Made by a program: the position numbers and the translations under genes. A DNA stretch of 63,344 bases, counting the filler, from Collodictyon triciliatum (Eukaryota): NCBI GenBank assembly GCA_043381765.1. It is 7 parts of 7 records of this genome, joined end to end, with 100 filler letters (N's around TTAATTAATTAA, not from the genome) between each part and the next. Parts side by side here need not be neighbours in the genome. Positions count along the whole stretch, not along the records: positions 54,381 to 63,344 come from JBHJMP010003216.1; 6 more parts are not named here. The stretch is one strand, 5' to 3'. Below the pieces are notes generated by a model that saw only the letters and a program-made list of their open reading frames with translations, had not been told where the DNA came from and made no database searches. This document shows, piece after piece, positions 63,070 through 63,344 of this stretch. How positions within the stretch are numbered: the first letter of the stretch is position 1; each line of letters opens with the position of its first letter.

Positions 63070-63344
63070 CTTTATTTCTCTCGACCTATTTATACCCCTG
63101 TTTCCTGGTCTTGCATACCATATATGGCGAGTACGGTACCTTTCTAGACCTTTCTAGACGATTCTACTGTCATATATGGAGATACCAAATGTGGAATATA
63201 AATAATTTAAATTAATTTGCTGATACCATATGCGGTATGTTTGTGCTCGCCAACCCTGGCCCCAAAATCCCAAAAAAATTGTGGGAAAATGTTTATTTTC
63301 CATAGCAGAATTTTTACACGATGTACAAAAAATACATACGCGAT

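Noticed and set aside
63138-63170. TTCTAGAC repeats upstream of HSF as an autoregulatory heat shock element
   Set aside because: They do not form alternating nGAAn/nTTCn units (GAC instead of GAA)

Overview
Eukaryotic (intron-rich, AT-rich protist-like) sequence made of seven unrelated ~9 kb contigs. They are joined by 100-nt N/TTAATTAATTAA/N spacers and the complete ones decrease in length, so neighbours across spacers are not linked. The standard genetic code fits every reconstructed gene. Recognisable spliced genes: coatomer zeta, the C-terminus of an AGC kinase, an LRR-PP2C phosphatase, an SLC38/AAAP amino-acid transporter, a divergent HSF-like protein, an NBR1-like ZZ-FW-UBA protein, APC1, an Ariadne RBR ligase, a tandem-DBD E2F7/8-like factor, STT3 and a canonical HSF. 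The main points of interest are four. (1) A >2000-aa NLR-like STAND protein (NACHT-pentapeptide-7xWD40-Sel1-like repeats) with hypervariable repeats; its N-terminal leader ends in a ubiquitin-like LRGG directly followed by a cryptic myristoylation motif (GNSSSR). (2) A decayed Fanzor (eukaryotic TnpB) with a structured omegaRNA-like 3' end, next to a TA-flanked TIR mini-element. (3) Minor-spliceosome (U12) introns, including an AT-AC intron. (4) A tiny dispersed palindromic TG..CA element, one copy with a 5-bp target duplication. All gene models were spliced by eye and no database searches were run.
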